A stretch of 52,993 nucleotides of DNA from a virus. Lineage: Duplodnaviria > Caudoviricetes. This document shows, piece by piece, positions 45,437-52,993 of this stretch. How positions within the stretch are numbered: the stretch's first letter is position 1; every line of letters begins with the position of its first letter. The stretch lies in the IMG/VR virus record IMGVR_UViG_3300049793_000140, positions 1 to 52,993 of that record. The stretch is one strand, 5' to 3'. The notes under the pieces are model-generated. The model saw only the letters and a list, made by a program, of their open reading frames with translations. It was not told the DNA's origin and did no database searches. The position numbers and the translations under genes were made by a program.

Positions 45437-47206
45437 TCAAACGTTAACTTCTTGTTCTTCAATTGGCTCATTTGTGGCGATGTCATCAGACTCGTAAATC
45501 TCGTCCCATTCACGGGCTGCGATTTCCCATCGGTCGGAGGCTTTAATGTAAATCCCGGCCAGGGCACCGAAGGTTCGCGCCAGTTCGCAAAGCACGGCGA
45601 TGGCATCGAAATGATCCGGGGACCTGCCTATCTTTTTTTTGCATTCGTCCTTGGTATCGAGGCAAATTTTCCTGGCCTTGATCGTATATTCCCGGCTGCA
45701 CGCCTGGATTGTGGCCTCGGGATAGAATCCCTTTAATTGCTCGCCCAAAAGGAATTCCCGGCAACTATACCACAATTCGGTGACTTTTCGGTCATAGACA
45801 TCGCAGCTTTTCCGTGAATCCGCCGATGATGCCGGCTTTGTGCTCGCGGCCCCTCCAAATTCCACGCCCAAGACCTCTCCCCATGTCTGCCGAAGTATCG
45901 CGTACACTCCCCGGCCAGTTCCGGTCTTGTCCATTGCAAATTTTTCCGGTCGAATACGGCGTTTATCGCATTCCAGAACGACGCGGCTGGCAATTTGGTA
46001 ATCAATTTCATCTTTGCTCGTTGGATCGCCCTGAATCGAGATGAAATCACGCAGTTGGATTCCAAATCTTCCGCTTGGAAGATCGCCGTAGTCGGCAAAG
46101 TGAAGAATACAGCCGTCACCTCCGAAAGCGGGGTCTAGCGAGGCAATTTGTTCACTGTGCGATTGCCACATGAGCTCTCCACTGCCATATTTCTCGATCA
46201 TTACTTCGTCGAAAACGGTGTTGAGCACTCCGGCTGGCGTCCAAAACCCACGATCATTGCTCCAAAGCTGAATTGTTTGGCGCTCCTGGCTGTTTGCCTT
46301 GGCCGCTCGATAATCTTCGTAGGTGTAGAGGTAACGATGGACCGTTTTTCCAGCGATTACGTTTGGTGATTTGAAGCCATCGAAATGGTCGGCCCGACCC
46401 GATGGCAGCGACCACGCTTTCACGCCCTTGGTTTTCCATGTTTCGGATTCTACGGAGATCGAGGCCCAGCCGGCAGCCGGCTCGCAACATCGACCGTGGA
46501 TGTCCAAATGCGAAATTGCGTTGCCAATGGTCAAAATGGTCAAATCCTGGCAAGCCTTGCGAATATTCGGGATGGTTTCGCAAATCGCTTCCTCTGTTCC
46601 CGGCGCCTCATCGATGATTACGAGGATACGCTCGGCATGCAGACCCTTCAAATTTTCGATGGCACTCTGCAACTCCCCCCCTTGGATGGCCGTACCAGCT
46701 ATCGCATGTTTGCTGTCGCTTTTTTCGGCCTGGAGCATGATTTGAGAGTCAACCAGGTGGCCAAACGCATACGGACCCTTGGAAAGCTCATAATGCGTCT
46801 TCTGGATAATCGGCCAAACACGACGTTTTAGCATTTGCTTAGACGAACTGACCAGCGTTACCGCACTTTTTCCGGGGAGTGCCCGGAACCAGAGAACCGA
46901 GTAGACACCGGCTGAAAAAGTTTTTCCGGCGCTCCCGCAGCCGGTCCAGTTCACGCTGCGGATGATAGTCTCGCCATCTTTATAGGCGTAAGTATCGTCG
47001 CAAAGCGACTGGAACTGGCGTTCCATCCAAGGATTCCATTCCAGCTCAGGCAGAGCATCAGTAGCGTAATTTTTGAAGTGCTCATATTTGGAGATGCCCC
47101 CGGTCGCGATCGAACCACCGACGCGGAACCCGAAAATCTCCAGAGATTTTTTGTCAAGCTTCTGATCGGCGACCAGGCCGTAGAGTTTATGGCGATACCA
47201 AGGCAT
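45437..47206 (-). CDS. terL: Terminase large subunit
   Basis: Walker A GCGSAGKT, Walker B ILVIIDEA, nuclease motifs SLDPAFGGD and SPDHFDA. Confidence 0.92.
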   Translation of the reverse strand: MPWYRHKLYGLVADQKLDKKSLEIFGFRVGGSIATGGISKYEHFKNYATDALPELEWNPWMERQFQSLCDDTYAYKDGETIIRSVNWTGCGSAGKTFSAGVYSVLWFRALPGKSAVTLVSSSKQMLKRRVWPIIQKTHYELSKGPYAFGHLVDSQIMLQAEKSDSKHAIAGTAIQGGELQSAIENLKGLHAERILVIIDEAPGTEEAICETIPNIRKACQDLTILTIGNAISHLDIHGRCCEPAAGWASISVESETWKTKGVKAWSLPSGRADHFDGFKSPNVIAGKTVHRYLYTYEDYRAAKANSQERQTIQLWSNDRGFWTPAGVLNTVFDEVMIEKYGSGELMWQSHSEQIASLDPAFGGDGCILHFADYGDLPSGRFGIQLRDFISIQGDPTSKDEIDYQIASRVVLECDKRRIRPEKFAMDKTGTGRGVYAILRQTWGEVLGVEFGGAASTKPASSADSRKSCDVYDRKVTELWYSCREFLLGEQLKGFYPEATIQACSREYTIKARKICLDTKDECKKKIGRSPDHFDAIAVLCELARTFGALAGIYIKASDRWEIAAREWDEIYESDDIATNEPIEEQEVNV

Positions 47207-47549
47207 TTTGTGTCAAATCCGCTTGTTGAACTACAACCTCACGACATTCCCACAGCTTGCGCTTTCCCCGCTCCCCGATCTTCCTCCACCCGTGAACTTC
47301 AATTAATCGAGTGGAAGATCCTAACCAAATAGCGGCTGCCGGGCATTCTCGTATTTTTGAAATTCGTTCCGCGACATGATCACCCGTCGTAGTTTGCACC
47401 AGCATAATCACATTGCCTTGGATCGCGAGCAGGTCTCCGAATCCAAAAAGGTCTTGTCGTACTTTTGCATACGGATTCCAGTGTTCGACAACGGCAACAA
47501 ACCATCCTTCCTTTCTGAGTTTGGCGAGAGAGCGCTGGGTTGGACTCAC
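47187..47549 (-). CDS. PD-(D/E)xK nuclease, Holliday-junction-resolvase-like
   Basis: DLFGFGDLLAI...LVQTT motif; likely GTG start at 47549 overlapping the upstream stop. Confidence 0.7.
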   Translation of the reverse strand: MSPTQRSLAKLRKEGWFVAVVEHWNPYAKVRQDLFGFGDLLAIQGNVIMLVQTTTGDHVAERISKIRECPAAAIWLGSSTRLIEVHGWRKIGERGKRKLWECREVVVQQADLTQNALVSP

Positions 47550-47890
47550 GCAGCCCTCCATTGACGCGCCAGCATTCGAAGACATTCTCCGGAATCGCAG
47601 GCCCGCCTTGCCAAGATCATCCAATAGAAATTCATTGCATCGCCCGAATCAAAGCGCCGCTGGTCTTCAAGATTGTATTTTAATTCCTGACCGCAGCCGA
47701 GATAACCATCTCGATCCAGGGATTGAATCTGTTCCTGGACAAATCTTACGTGCATCTGTTTTATGCGATAGACTCTCTCGCGCCGGCAACCTCGTGTCGA
47801 TCTGCTTACGACTTCGATTGAGAAAGTAATGAATGGTGCTTTCACTTCAGCAAAGAGAGTGGATCTGTCAAAGGGCCGAGACCGCACCAA
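47546..47890 (-). CDS. Hypothetical protein (start uncertain, probably downstream)
   Basis: Fills the gap; stop coupled to the nuclease start. Confidence 0.45.
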   Translation of the reverse strand: MVRSRPFDRSTLFAEVKAPFITFSIEVVSRSTRGCRRERVYRIKQMHVRFVQEQIQSLDRDGYLGCGQELKYNLEDQRRFDSGDAMNFYWMILARRACDSGECLRMLARQWRAA

Positions 47891-48054
47891 TCGAAATTTG
47901 TCTCCGAATCAACATATACGACTCGTTTGTTCATCCTTATAAAGCGTACGTATTTGTATTTTCCTCGATAGACATTGGCAAAGACGCCCGAGCGAGACAA
48001 ACCCGTTCTCTGGCTTTCCTCTACCACCCATTGTTTGAGTTGGATTTGGCTCAC
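47842..48054 (-). CDS. Small HTH-like DNA-binding protein
   Basis: LKQWVVEESQRTGLSRSGVFANVYRGKY. Confidence 0.55.
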   Translation of the reverse strand: MSQIQLKQWVVEESQRTGLSRSGVFANVYRGKYKYVRFIRMNKRVVYVDSETNFDWCGLGPLTDPLSLLK

Positions 48055-48063
48055 AATCCAGGT

Positions 48064-48513
48064 TTATCCAACCGCCTTCCTCATCTCTTCAATCCAATTC
48101 GCCAGGTTGGATTCTTTGACTATCTCCGATACATGCCGTGAATGATTGGTTTCCGGGATCGTGGCCGGCCAATTCCGCCGCAACTCATGTATTGGAGTAG
48201 GCCGCTTCCTGGCTCTCTGCTCCGCTTTAATTTGATTGAGCATATCCTCAAACTCGGCCGGGTAACCGATCAGAACGCTGAATCTCAGCCCTGCCAGGCT
48301 CCCTCGCGTTCCTTTTTTGTATTCCTTAATTATCCACCCGATCACCATGCTTAAATCTTCCTCGCAAAATGGTTCCTGCTCCCTGAATCTCAACCATTCG
48401 AACCATTGTCTCTCTCGCTCAAACCCCAAAGTGCTCTTGTTCCCAGTCAGCAACTCAAAAGCTTGGTGCAACTTCAGGATTTTTTCTTTCAGGTCAGGCT
48501 CTTCCTCTTTCAT
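48064..48513 (-). CDS. Putative replication-related protein resembling the C-terminal domain of phage initiators
   Basis: Helical 149 aa with EDL..VI.W, LRFSVLIG.P..F pattern and basic tail; position upstream of the resolvase. Function is inferred. Confidence 0.45.
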   Translation of the reverse strand: MKEEEPDLKEKILKLHQAFELLTGNKSTLGFERERQWFEWLRFREQEPFCEEDLSMVIGWIIKEYKKGTRGSLAGLRFSVLIGYPAEFEDMLNQIKAEQRARKRPTPIHELRRNWPATIPETNHSRHVSEIVKESNLANWIEEMRKAVG

Positions 48514-49020
48514 GTTCTGTTCCTTTGTCCTGACTGTAAATCGGAATTAGGAATTTCCTTCTTCATCTCATTCACTAGATTCGATAGGCACAGGACTTCC
48601 CGCGTCCACGGATACTTGTGCGAAAGCGCTCATTCACTGAGTTCGATGAGGCTCCAGTTTTAGCTGCACGTCTTTTTCGGCCACGCAAGGAACATGCTTT
48701 GCGCCCGTCTCAACAACTCCATTCCGTGCCAGTCCACAAATGCTCTGGTGCCGGGAATTCCACCCGGCTTACCCGCGCGGCGGGAAGTCAAAAGGTTCCG
48801 CGCGACTCGCTTTCCACAAGTCAGCCGATTCGTTAGCGGAGGCTAAAAAGAAGCCGTTCACCATTTGAAATTACCCTCATCGCTGGGCTTGGTCTTGGGC
48901 CGCGAAGCCTTCGACTCATGGTGAACGGAAATTCCGTTCGGTAATGTAGCCGCGGACGAGGGACGATTTCAAACGCCCTACCGAATGCGCAAACTTTTTC
49001 ATAACCCCGAGCAACTGTAA
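48514..49020 (-). ncRNA. Long structured non-coding region (candidate regulatory RNA or origin)
   Basis: No convincing minus-strand ORF; several GC-rich hairpins, alternative pairings and a ~20-bp imperfect direct repeat. Confidence 0.45.
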
Positions 49021-49031
49021 AGATATTTCTC

Positions 49032-49286
49032 TCACAAAAGCGCTAGCGTGGTCTCTATAGCTATACGCCCCACTCTGAGTCCGCCAGCTTCCTTTGTATA
49101 TGCAAACTTATATCCAGGGCTGCGCCTGGCAAATTGATAAGCCGCCATTTTTGCCCTGACACAGTCATCCAAAGTAGCCCCAGGAATCAAAAAACTATCT
49201 CCGACCTCAAGCCTTCTAAATGGATACTTGCTCTGTCTTGCTCTTTCCACCCCCACACCCTTGTCTATGTTGTAGACATTTGTCAT
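49032..49286 (-). CDS. Small phage DNA-binding-type protein (KYPF..LEVGDSF family)
   Basis: SKYPFRRLEVGDSFLIP motif; start moved to MTNVYNIDKG behind an AT-rich TTGACA-containing segment. Confidence 0.7.
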   Translation of the reverse strand: MTNVYNIDKGVGVERARQSKYPFRRLEVGDSFLIPGATLDDCVRAKMAAYQFARRSPGYKFAYTKEAGGLRVGRIAIETTLALL

Positions 49287-49567
49287 AGATGCAACATTTG
49301 AGTAATTACATTTAGTTGTCAATAATATTTCTAATATTTGTTTGTCCACCGGATGCGTCCACCTACCGTGGTTCCTTGCAATAGCCATGGGCACGGGATC
49401 TGCCTCTTTGCCCTGTAACTCCTTTCCCAGTCATAAAGGGGAGGTATGACTAAAAGCGACGGGGGCCAAAAGGGGTTCGTCGATCCACCAGGCTCCGGTG
49501 GCCGGCCGAAAAGGAATCTATTTTATTCGTGCGAATTGCGAGAGTTTTCGCTTATGATCAGTTATAT

Positions 49568-50086
49568 TCAACTCGGTTCCTTGGACTGACAGGCAGTTAC
49601 AGAAATCGCGGCCTCGGGACACTTGGAACTGTCCCGTTCTGGCACAATGTCTACGTCAATCGCGCGAGCCGTATTTGAATTTGCACGAGGTCCCTGGACG
49701 TTCACTTCAATCTTCATCGTTCCGTGCGTCCCAGGTCCGTCAAGACCAAATGCACGCCGGGCGGTTTCATCGCAAGCTTTCGTCATTCGGATCAGAACCT
49801 CCAACTTGCGCGGACTCGGGTTTTCAAGGGTTAATTCCTCTATGCGCGATAGATGCTGCTCGACTAGCGCAAATATGCGTTGCGTCCAATCGGAAGCACG
49901 CTGAGCAAGCGATTGTGTTGACATTGAACGCATTGCAGTAGCATCACGTTTCCAAACGTAGCGAATGGCGCGTTTGGAAACGGAGGAAATGGGAACACCC
50001 ATCTGATCCGAGATTTGCTTGGGGCCAAATCCTTGAGCATAAAGACGCTGGCAAGCAGCCCAGTCTACGTTCAAGCGAGTGGGCAT
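49568..50086 (-). CDS. Terminase small subunit candidate
   Basis: N-terminal HTH (DW...RLYAQGFGPKQISDQMGVP..SVSKRA....W), helical core, RRAFGLD, C-terminal IDVD; start moved to MPTRLNVDW. Confidence 0.65.
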   Translation of the reverse strand: MPTRLNVDWAACQRLYAQGFGPKQISDQMGVPISSVSKRAIRYVWKRDATAMRSMSTQSLAQRASDWTQRIFALVEQHLSRIEELTLENPSPRKLEVLIRMTKACDETARRAFGLDGPGTHGTMKIEVNVQGPRANSNTARAIDVDIVPERDSSKCPEAAISVTACQSKEPS

Positions 50087-50249
50087 ATCCAGTTCCCGGT
50101 ATTCAATTGAGAGAGAATGTGCAAGCACAATGGGGTGCTTGCCGGTTCGGGAGTTTTATCTTCCCTGCGGGAAGTTTTGGCAAGCTTTAATTTGCTCACA
50201 TTTCTATAAGTTGTTGATACAAAGCGCAAAATAAAGTTCACTTATTGTA

Positions 50250-50277
50250 TTGACAATAAGTCTCACTCTGCTAATCT
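50250..50277 (+). promoter_or_regulatory. Sigma70-like promoter for the plus-strand two-gene unit
   Basis: TTGACA-16 bp-TAATCT with extended TG; purine-rich RBS before ATG 50321. Confidence 0.7.
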
Positions 50278-50320
50278 GGGCAAAGTTCAAGACGCGCGAA
50301 CAACCGACGAGGAAGGAAAA

Positions 50321-51112
50321 ATGAAAGTAAAAGCAAATACCGACAAGGGCCAGATGATAATCCGAGGAATTGAGCCACGAGAATATTATGAGATTGAAGT
50401 TGATCTCGGAACGCTCACTGAGTCACAACGTACGATTCTGGCCGGGATGACCAGCCCAACAATATTTGGGGCTGTAGAAGGCACCAGTGCCGAGGTTAGG
50501 GCATACTTGCAGGCCGAAGTGGAGAGCGAGGCCAAGGAGCAAGCCGAGCGTGATAGGGTGTGCCGTGAGGCATGTGCGACGGCGGTGTTGGGAGAATCCG
50601 AGGGAGTCGAGTGCGGCGTGAAATACCAGACCTGGCAATTGCCCTACATCTCCGCATATTCGTTGTCGTCTGAGGTGCGAACAATGTACGATCGCACGAT
50701 CGCGCGGCTCGTAGCAGAAAAAGAAACGCGAAACGCGGCGAGCCTGCTCGCCGCTGAAGCTGACATCCAAGTAGCACAGGAAGCACAAGCCCGAGCCAAA
50801 GCAGAACAGCAAGCCGCGAAAGCCGCGAATTTCGCGGAGCGGTTGGCAACCGGAATCCTGACAATCGAGATGGAGCGCGGCGACCGTAGGGATTGGGGCG
50901 AGCCGTGGATCGCGAAAGTCGCTAGCCGCAATGGTCGGAAGCCTGAATATGACTTTTCTGCCGGGTCTTACGATGTCGCGACAGAGACGTTGAGTATCCC
51001 TTGCAAGCCGGGAGAAGTGATTGCTTACGGGCAGAAAAATTACCGGAAGCCGAAACGCACGATCCACAACATTCGAAAGATGCGTGAAGACGGCGGCCTC
51101 GTCGAAGCTTGA
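50321..51112 (+). CDS. Hypothetical protein
   Basis: 263 aa with promoter and gaggaagg RBS; coiled coil then beta-rich PWIAKV domain. Confidence 0.8.
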   Translation: MKVKANTDKGQMIIRGIEPREYYEIEVDLGTLTESQRTILAGMTSPTIFGAVEGTSAEVRAYLQAEVESEAKEQAERDRVCREACATAVLGESEGVECGVKYQTWQLPYISAYSLSSEVRTMYDRTIARLVAEKETRNAASLLAAEADIQVAQEAQARAKAEQQAAKAANFAERLATGILTIEMERGDRRDWGEPWIAKVASRNGRKPEYDFSAGSYDVATETLSIPCKPGEVIAYGQKNYRKPKRTIHNIRKMREDGGLVEA

Positions 51113-51121
51113 AAGGAGTAA

Positions 51122-51319
51122 GTGAACCGCACTTCTATGAATCCTGAACACAAACACAAAATGGGCCGTCCGCTGCTTCCAAGCGGCGAGGCGGCGGACT
51201 CACAAATACAATTGCGCGTCACGCGCAAGCGCAAGAGCGCGTATGTGGGGGCCGCGAACAAAAAGAAGCAGACGCTCGCCGCATGGTGCTTTGAGGCGCT
51301 CGATAAAGAGAGCGGCTAA
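51122..51319 (+). CDS. Ribbon-helix-helix DNA-binding protein
   Basis: MGRP...IQLRVT...K..Y..AA......LAAW...AL pattern; aaggag RBS. Confidence 0.75.
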   Translation: MNRTSMNPEHKHKMGRPLLPSGEAADSQIQLRVTRKRKSAYVGAANKKKQTLAAWCFEALDKESG

Positions 51320-52050
51320 TGAATCAAAACGGTATGCTCAGGACTGCGCATCCTGACCGCTCTTGCAATTACTCGGCCCATTGGGAGCGGGACTCCGTTC
51401 GCTATCACCTCAAAAAGACCGGCCTTTCGTAGTGGGGAGTCAGTCAGGAAGTCTTCGGGCAAGCCTTGCGCTTCGAGCGCATCGGGAAGCCCCTTGATTG
51501 TTGATGTGCTGCGCGGTCTTTGCCGCAGTGCGTCCCATCGCAGATTGCGGGTCGTAACCGTGTTGTGTTTCGGTTCGCGGACCAGGCACGGCATATCCAG
51601 GTGCAGTTTTGCGCCTGTGCGGGTTCCGAAAGATATTCGACGGAGTCGGCGTTGATCTGCTCCACAGTGGTTAGCGTTGACCATTTGAGCGTGGACGATG
51701 TAGCCCTTGATCGAGGGGATTGGCGCCCGCCTCACATTTTCCATCACGAACCACTCCGGTTGTGCCTCTTGGATGCAGCGGACGTATTCCGGTATCAGAT
51801 CCGGTTGCACTGTCTGGCCGCGAGCCTTGGCGATGTTGGAAGCAGACGACCACCACTTGCACGGCGGACCTCCTATCACACCACGGAAGACTCCCGCCGG
51901 CGGATGGAAGCGGTGAACGTCGCCGCCCCAAATTCTATCAGGTCCGCGCACGACGCAGAATCCCTCCAACTCGAACGCCATGTCCAGCAGACCGATTCCC
52001 GGAAAGATGGACAGGACCAATTCGGGATCCGAATGCTCAAAGTCTCGCAT
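51316..52050 (-). CDS. C5 cytosine DNA methyltransferase
   Basis: Motif I FPGIG, motif IV GGPPC, motif VI ENV, motif VIII QRRLR, motif X IANGV. Confidence 0.92.
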   Translation of the reverse strand: MRDFEHSDPELVLSIFPGIGLLDMAFELEGFCVVRGPDRIWGGDVHRFHPPAGVFRGVIGGPPCKWWSSASNIAKARGQTVQPDLIPEYVRCIQEAQPEWFVMENVRRAPIPSIKGYIVHAQMVNANHCGADQRRLRRISFGTRTGAKLHLDMPCLVREPKHNTVTTRNLRWDALRQRPRSTSTIKGLPDALEAQGLPEDFLTDSPLRKAGLFEVIANGVPLPMGRVIARAVRMRSPEHTVLIH

Positions 52051-52065
52051 CGGATACCTCAGTCG

Positions 52066-52437
52066 TTAGGAATCTTGATCATGGTTCCAGTCGTCTTCGT
52101 AATCGTAAGACCTGCTCGCTTCCCACCTGTCATCGTCGTAGGCTTTGAGTTCGGCTTGGTCGCGCACTGTTCGGTCGCCTTCTGGCGTTGCCCGGATTCT
52201 CGCGACACGTTCCACCAGATATCCACGCTGTGTTTTCTCGTCGAGCAGTCGGGCCGCATTGATTTTTGCGATGCGGTATTGACGCACAGCCTTATCAGCG
52301 AGCCGCGCCGCCTCCTTGCGCATTTCGTCAACTTGGTCGCCGGTGATTGCCGCGTTTGACGACAGACAAACTTCAAAATGGCAATAGTCGTGACTGCGCA
52401 TCACTTTGACCGAAGCAGTTTCGATTGGTATGTCCAT
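52066..52437 (-). CDS. Hypothetical phage protein
   Basis: 123 aa; SVKVMRSHDYCHFEV N-terminus. Confidence 0.75.
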   Translation of the reverse strand: MDIPIETASVKVMRSHDYCHFEVCLSSNAAITGDQVDEMRKEAARLADKAVRQYRIAKINAARLLDEKTQRGYLVERVARIRATPEGDRTVRDQAELKAYDDDRWEASRSYDYEDDWNHDQDS

Positions 52438-52488
52438 ATTATTTTGCTTCTGCTAGTTCGAACGTCGGGCGCTTGCCGCCGTCCGGCA

Positions 52489-52788
52489 TCACCACTTCGA
52501 GTTCGTGGCAGCGCAGCAAGCCGCCGAGCGTCCAGTTGCGTTAGGCGGCTTCAGGTAGCGCTTAATATCTTCAATGATTTGCAGGCAATGGGGGCACGTT
52601 ATACGATGCTTGCCGCGCAGTTGCATTGGAGGTTTTCGATGCAACATGTCATCGCCGGCAAAATCGTGGCCGCAGATCGTGTAGTCAGTGCCGGACGCCA
52701 CAAGATGGACTTCTGGACCATCATCTTCGGTTGACCAGATACGCACGAAATCAGCCGACGAACCATGCGATTTAGCCGTGTGAGTCAT
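52489..52788 (-). CDS. Hypothetical zinc-finger-like protein
   Basis: H...TICG...ITCPHC motif. Confidence 0.7.
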   Translation of the reverse strand: MTHTAKSHGSSADFVRIWSTEDDGPEVHLVASGTDYTICGHDFAGDDMLHRKPPMQLRGKHRITCPHCLQIIEDIKRYLKPPNATGRSAACCAATNSKW

Positions 52789-52982
52789 CTTGGGTCGTTA
52801 GGCGGTTCCAGGTAGCAACCGATAGCATCACTCAGGCGATTCCAGTTTTGAGCGCATCCTTCGTTGCCGGGCCAGGGTCTTGCGCTCCCATCCATATTGA
52901 AGCCGTGCATGTGATTCCAGACGCAGCAGAGCAGTCGGCGACATTCGTCGTTCTCCGAGTCGGTTTGCAGATTGTCGCTCAT
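52785..52982 (-). CDS. Hypothetical protein
   Basis: 65 aa, ATGA-coupled to the next ORF. Confidence 0.6.
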   Translation of the reverse strand: MSDNLQTDSENDECRRLLCCVWNHMHGFNMDGSARPWPGNEGCAQNWNRLSDAIGCYLEPPNDPR

Positions 52983-52993
52983 AGCATTTTATT
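52965..52993. repeat. Terminal direct repeat, copy 2
   Basis: Identical to 1-29. Confidence 0.95.

Noticed and set aside
48746-48768. tRNA gene (T-arm-like hairpin followed by ACCA on the minus strand)
   Set aside because: The loop is tggaatt rather than TTCRANY, and no acceptor, D or anticodon arms can be built.
51316-52050. Complete restriction-modification system
   Set aside because: No cognate endonuclease is adjacent; orphan C5 methyltransferases are common in phages.
50423-52359. Long antisense ORFs (244 aa minus, 279 aa plus) and similar plus-strand ORFs across the genome
   Set aside because: They are shadows of well-supported genes on the opposite strand, with no motifs or RBS.

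Overview
The window is an apparently complete, circularly assembled ~52.96-kb tailed-phage genome: positions 1-29 are repeated at 52965-52993, and the minus-strand gene run continues across the junction. Almost all genes are on the minus strand. Gene content is podovirus-like: TerS, TerL, portal, scaffold, a glycosyltransferase/methyltransferase block, a Cys-rich major capsid protein (MCP), decoration and adaptor proteins, tail tube/nozzle, three ejection-type proteins and a large fibre/carbohydrate-active block. Early genes include ERF, a YqaJ exonuclease, a C5 DNA methyltransferase, HNH genes and small DNA-binding proteins. I recognised no integrase, polymerase, helicase, primase or endolysin. 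A Verrucomicrobiota-like diderm host is a guess from protein style only. The most unusual signals are as follows. (1) Six fibre, spike or glycosidase-region proteins carry Sec-type signal peptides and most are strongly Thr-Asn (TN) rich, while small signal-less virion-module proteins share domains with them; this suggests an exported appendage set attached outside the cytoplasm. (2) A twin-arginine (Tat) signal protein encoded just upstream of the MCP is built from two MCP segments in permuted order. (3) A ~500-bp structured non-coding region lies upstream of a short replication-type ORF. All calls come from manual reading of motifs and synteny; no database searches were run.
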